Shown here: one piece after another, positions 61,136 through 64,000 of the stretch
How the letters are laid out: every line of letters starts with the position of its first letter
Numbering within the stretch: the first letter of the stretch is position 1
NCBI GenBank assembly: GCA_030632085.1
Contig: DAOVJY010000002.1
Coordinates: forward strand, 77,325 to 141,324
Length of the DNA stretch: 64,000 bases
From: Candidatus Omnitrophota bacterium
GTDB lineage: Bacteria; Omnitrophota; Gorgyraeia; JAGLLT01
Reading direction: 5' to 3'
The notes under the pieces: model-generated
Told to the model about the DNA's origin: nothing
The model's input: the letters and a program-made list of their open reading frames with translations, nothing else
The model's database searches: none
Position numbers and translations under genes: made by a program

Positions 61136-63205
61136 ATGTTAATAAGTTATAATTGGTTAAAAGATTTTACTAATCTTAAGGATAGCCCCCAGCGGCTGGC
61201 CGAAAAGCTTACTATGGCCGGTATAGAGGTGAGCTCTCTTGAAAAAAGAAAAGACGATTTCATTTATAACGCGGAAATTACGCCTAACAGGCCGGATTTA
61301 TTATGCGCTAAAGGAATTGCCAGGGAAGCGGCTTGTTTAACGCGGAGTAAATTTTATGATCCTTTAAGTTCGACCGTCGATACCCAATCTATCGGTGGTA
61401 ATATTGATATTGAGGTAAAGCAGAAAAAAGCCTGCCCCAGATATAACGCGACTCTTATTAAAAATATTCAGGTCAAGGTGTCCGATGAAAAAATTACCAG
61501 ACGCCTATCGGCTTTAGGTTTAAGGCCGGTTAACAGTGTAGTTGATATAACCAATTACTTTCTTTTAGGGTGGGGACAGCCTATGCATGCCTTTGATTAT
61601 GATAAGATTGAAGGCCGTAAAATTATTGTTCGTTATGCCAATAAAGGCGAGAAGCTTCTGGCTTTAGACGGTAAAGAGTATGAGTTGGATGAAACTATAT
61701 TAGTAATTGCTGACGCGAAGAAACCTATCGCGATTGCGGGAGTAATAGGAGGCGTTGGCGCGGAGATTGGCTTAGAAACTAAAAACGTGCTTTTAGAGTG
61801 CGCTGGTTTTGATACCATACTCATAAGAAAAGCAGCGCGTAAATTGGGAATTTCAACCGATTCATCATACAGGTTTGAAAGAGGGGTTCCCGTTACCTCT
61901 GTAGGTGAAATAGCGCTGGCGGCCGCGTCTTTTATTCAAAAAAAAGCGGGTGGTAAAATCATTGATAATTTAGATGTATCTAATCTTCAGGTAAAAAAGG
62001 TTACATGTACCTTAAGGTTTTCAGAGATCAAAAGAATTTTGGGAATTAATATTTCGCAGGATGATGTTAAGAAAATTCTGGTTTCACTTGGCTTTATCAT
62101 TGAAAATGAAGTTCAAGATTCATTAGAGGTTACCACACCTTTTTTTAGGAGAGATGTTAAGCGCGAAATAGATTTAATAGAAGAAATCGCGCGTATATAC
62201 GGTTATGATAAAATGCCTTCAACGATTACTAAGGTTAGCAGCGGGCAAATTGATAATTATAAGTCGCTTTCAGGTGTAGTTGATGAAACAATAAGGTTCG
62301 CGTTTAAGAGAAAAATTCATCAGTCGCTATGTGCTTGCGGTTTAAATGAAATAATTACTTATAGCATGATTAGCGATAAGGAGTCAGCGGTTTTTGGTTT
62401 TAAATCTGATGAAGTTGTTAAGCTCCAGAAAGCTTTAAGTAGTCAGCAAGAGATAATGAGGCCGACATTATTAAGCGGTTTAATGCAAGCGCTGAGTTGG
62501 AACATTAATAGGCAAATTGATGATATTGGAGTTTTTGAATTAGGCGATATTTTCATAAATCAAAATCATAAATTTACCGAAAAGTTAAATGTAGCCTTTG
62601 GCCTTTGCGGTAGAAAATATATTAATGACTGGAAACATAAGCCTAAAGAGGTTGATTTTTATGATTTAAAAGGTATTCTTGAAGATTTCCTCGATCATTT
62701 AGGCATCAAGGATGTTCAATTTTTAGAATGCGAAGAGCCATATTTTTCTAAGGGAGCTGGGGCTAAGGTTAATTATAAAAATAAAACTATTGCCAGATTT
62801 GGAAAGCTTGCCGCGGAAGTTATCTCTGTCTATGATGTTGATAAAGATATTTACGCGGCTGAAGTATACATAGAGGATATATTAGGCGATATGTGTTTGA
62901 AGAAGAAATTCAAACCCATCGCAAAGTTTCCAGCTGTGACTAGAGATTTAGCTATTATTGTTAAAAGCGATTTATCGACAAGAGAAATTATCGATAAAAT
63001 TAGGGTGACCGGTAAGCATCTCATAAAAGAGGTTACCTTGTTTGATGTTTATGAAGGCAAGCAGATTCCTCCCGGTTATTTGAGTTTAGCTTTTTCTATT
63101 AAGTATCAAGCGGATGATAGAACTCTAATTGATGAGGAAGTTGACGAAATTCAAACCCGGATTCAGAAAGTTTTAGTTGAAAATCTTAAGGCTCAAATTA
63201 GATAG
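61136..63205 (+). CDS. pheT: Phenylalanine-tRNA ligase beta subunit (short form)
   Basis: N-terminus MLISYNWLKDF with B3/4 and B5 domains. ATG 61136 with SD AAGGAAT is preferred over the ORF-track start at 61085. Confidence 0.9.
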   Translation: MLISYNWLKDFTNLKDSPQRLAEKLTMAGIEVSSLEKRKDDFIYNAEITPNRPDLLCAKGIAREAACLTRSKFYDPLSSTVDTQSIGGNIDIEVKQKKACPRYNATLIKNIQVKVSDEKITRRLSALGLRPVNSVVDITNYFLLGWGQPMHAFDYDKIEGRKIIVRYANKGEKLLALDGKEYELDETILVIADAKKPIAIAGVIGGVGAEIGLETKNVLLECAGFDTILIRKAARKLGISTDSSYRFERGVPVTSVGEIALAAASFIQKKAGGKIIDNLDVSNLQVKKVTCTLRFSEIKRILGINISQDDVKKILVSLGFIIENEVQDSLEVTTPFFRRDVKREIDLIEEIARIYGYDKMPSTITKVSSGQIDNYKSLSGVVDETIRFAFKRKIHQSLCACGLNEIITYSMISDKESAVFGFKSDEVVKLQKALSSQQEIMRPTLLSGLMQALSWNINRQIDDIGVFELGDIFINQNHKFTEKLNVAFGLCGRKYINDWKHKPKEVDFYDLKGILEDFLDHLGIKDVQFLECEEPYFSKGAGAKVNYKNKTIARFGKLAAEVISVYDVDKDIYAAEVYIEDILGDMCLKKKFKPIAKFPAVTRDLAIIVKSDLSTREIIDKIRVTGKHLIKEVTLFDVYEGKQIPPGYLSLAFSIKYQADDRTLIDEEVDEIQTRIQKVLVENLKAQIR

Positions 63206-63214
63206 GGGCGCCTG

Positions 63215-63243
63215 TCTTGATTTTGGACAGTCGATGTGATATT
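63215..63243 (+). promoter_or_regulatory. Candidate sigma-70 promoter TTGATT-N17-TATTAT upstream of rarA
   Basis: Read from the sequence; it follows a CTGTC-N9-GACAG hairpin after the pheT stop. Confidence 0.35.
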
Positions 63244-63421
63244 ATTTAAGTAGAGAAAAAAATTCCCTGCTTTGCGCGTGAAGGGCGCATAGGTTTGAGC
63301 TAACACCATTTTAAGGGGAACCTAACTTCATGATGCCTGATGGCAAAATGAGAGGTACCCACTTAGTAGACTGGGTTCAAAACTACCACTCTCACACGGC
63401 TATGGCGGGGAATTTTTATAT

Positions 63422-64000
63422 TATGGACCTTTTTAATCAAAGCACAAAAGATAATAATCAATCCCCCGATGAACACACGCCTCTGGCCAACAGAATGAAG
63501 CCCACCTGTCTGAAAGATTTTGTTAATCAAAAGCATATTTTAGGTGAAGGTAAACCGCTTTTAAGAGCCATAAAGGCGGATAGGCTATCGTCACTTATTT
63601 TTTATGGCCCTCCCGGGGTTGGTAAGACGGCCCTGGCATATATCATTAATTATGAAACCAAAACTCATTTTCACCGTTTAAACGCGGCTATCTCTTCCGT
63701 AAAAGAGTTAAAAGATGTTATTTTGGTTGCCGGAAAAAGGAGGAGACATGATAATCAGCGTACTATTGTATTTATTGATGAAATTCACCGCTTTAATAAA
63801 GCCCAGCAAGATGTTTTATTACCCGATATTGAAGAGGGTAACATAATTCTCATCGGAGCTACTACATATAATCCTTTTTTTAGTATCATACCGGCTGTTT
63901 TATCCAGATCGGAAATATATGAATTAAAACCTTTAGAGGAAAATGATATAGAGTTAATAATAGAAAGAGCCTTAAAAGATAAAGAGAAAGGCCTGGGAAA
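63422..64000 (+). CDS. rarA: Replication-associated recombination protein A (MgsA/RarA AAA+ ATPase), 3' end outside window
   Basis: PLANRMKPTCLKDFVNQKHILGEGKPLLRAI, Walker A GPPGVGKTALA, Walker B IVFIDEIHRFNK. An in-frame upstream ATG at 63329 would add 31 aa. Confidence 0.85.

Overview
This is a 64 kb AT-rich bacterial chromosomal window. All but one of roughly 70 genes lie on the + strand, with genes closely spaced and often overlapping. There are no transposases, integrases or CRISPR arrays.

The window contains four blocks.

(1) 1-19.6 kb is a complete type IV pilus / T2SS-like locus.
- The motor and platform genes are pilT, pilB and pilC.
- Three tandem GspG-type pseudopilins follow, then a GspH, H, I, J, K-like minor-pilin set. 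The GspK-like member is a giant 809-aa protein.
- Next come a TPR secreted protein, a PilM-PilN fusion, and PilO-like and PilP-like genes.
- The secretin is split: one protein carries a TPR region plus an N0-like domain, and it is followed by two tandem short secretin cores.
- The locus ends with a small secreted protein and an MA-family metallopeptidase.

(2) 19.6-34.5 kb is a housekeeping block: polA, coaE, rho, rpmE, prfA, prmC, murA, rpsP-trmD-rplS, a folate C1 cluster (fchA-like, folD, metF), panB and a DRTGG protein.

(3) 34.7-51.6 kb holds a lysine-rich histone-like gene, which is the only minus-strand gene. It is followed by an rnfCDGEA operon with a truncated rnfB, then a Bacillus-style pyr operon (pyrR-B-C ... 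carAB-pyrK-D-F-E). The pyr operon has a PHP-domain EndoQ-like nuclease inserted between pyrC and carA.

(4) 51.6-64 kb contains yicC-gmk-rpoZ-coaC-coaB and two DUF1559-type (planctomycete-like) pilin-domain genes. These are followed by a tRNA-Cys / tRNA-Leu / tRNA-Val cluster, thrS-infC-rpmI-rplT-pheST, and the start of rarA.

The most unusual non-coding signal is a family of A/C-rich, T-depleted intergenic spacers built from short recurring words. These words include CACAAG / GTCACAAG, AGGATTAAGG, GCGAAGAGC, CATAGAGC and GTCATACCC..GGCACAGGCAAG. The spacers sit in the 5' leaders of housekeeping operons and between the tRNAs. Several carry clustered GGA motifs and inverted copies that could form a structured RNA.

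Several operons are preceded by textbook TTGACA-N16/17-TATAAT sigma-70 promoters.

The gene content (Rnf, many pilins, DUF1559) suggests a PVC-related or Omnitrophota/Elusimicrobiota-like uncultured lineage, but this is inference only.
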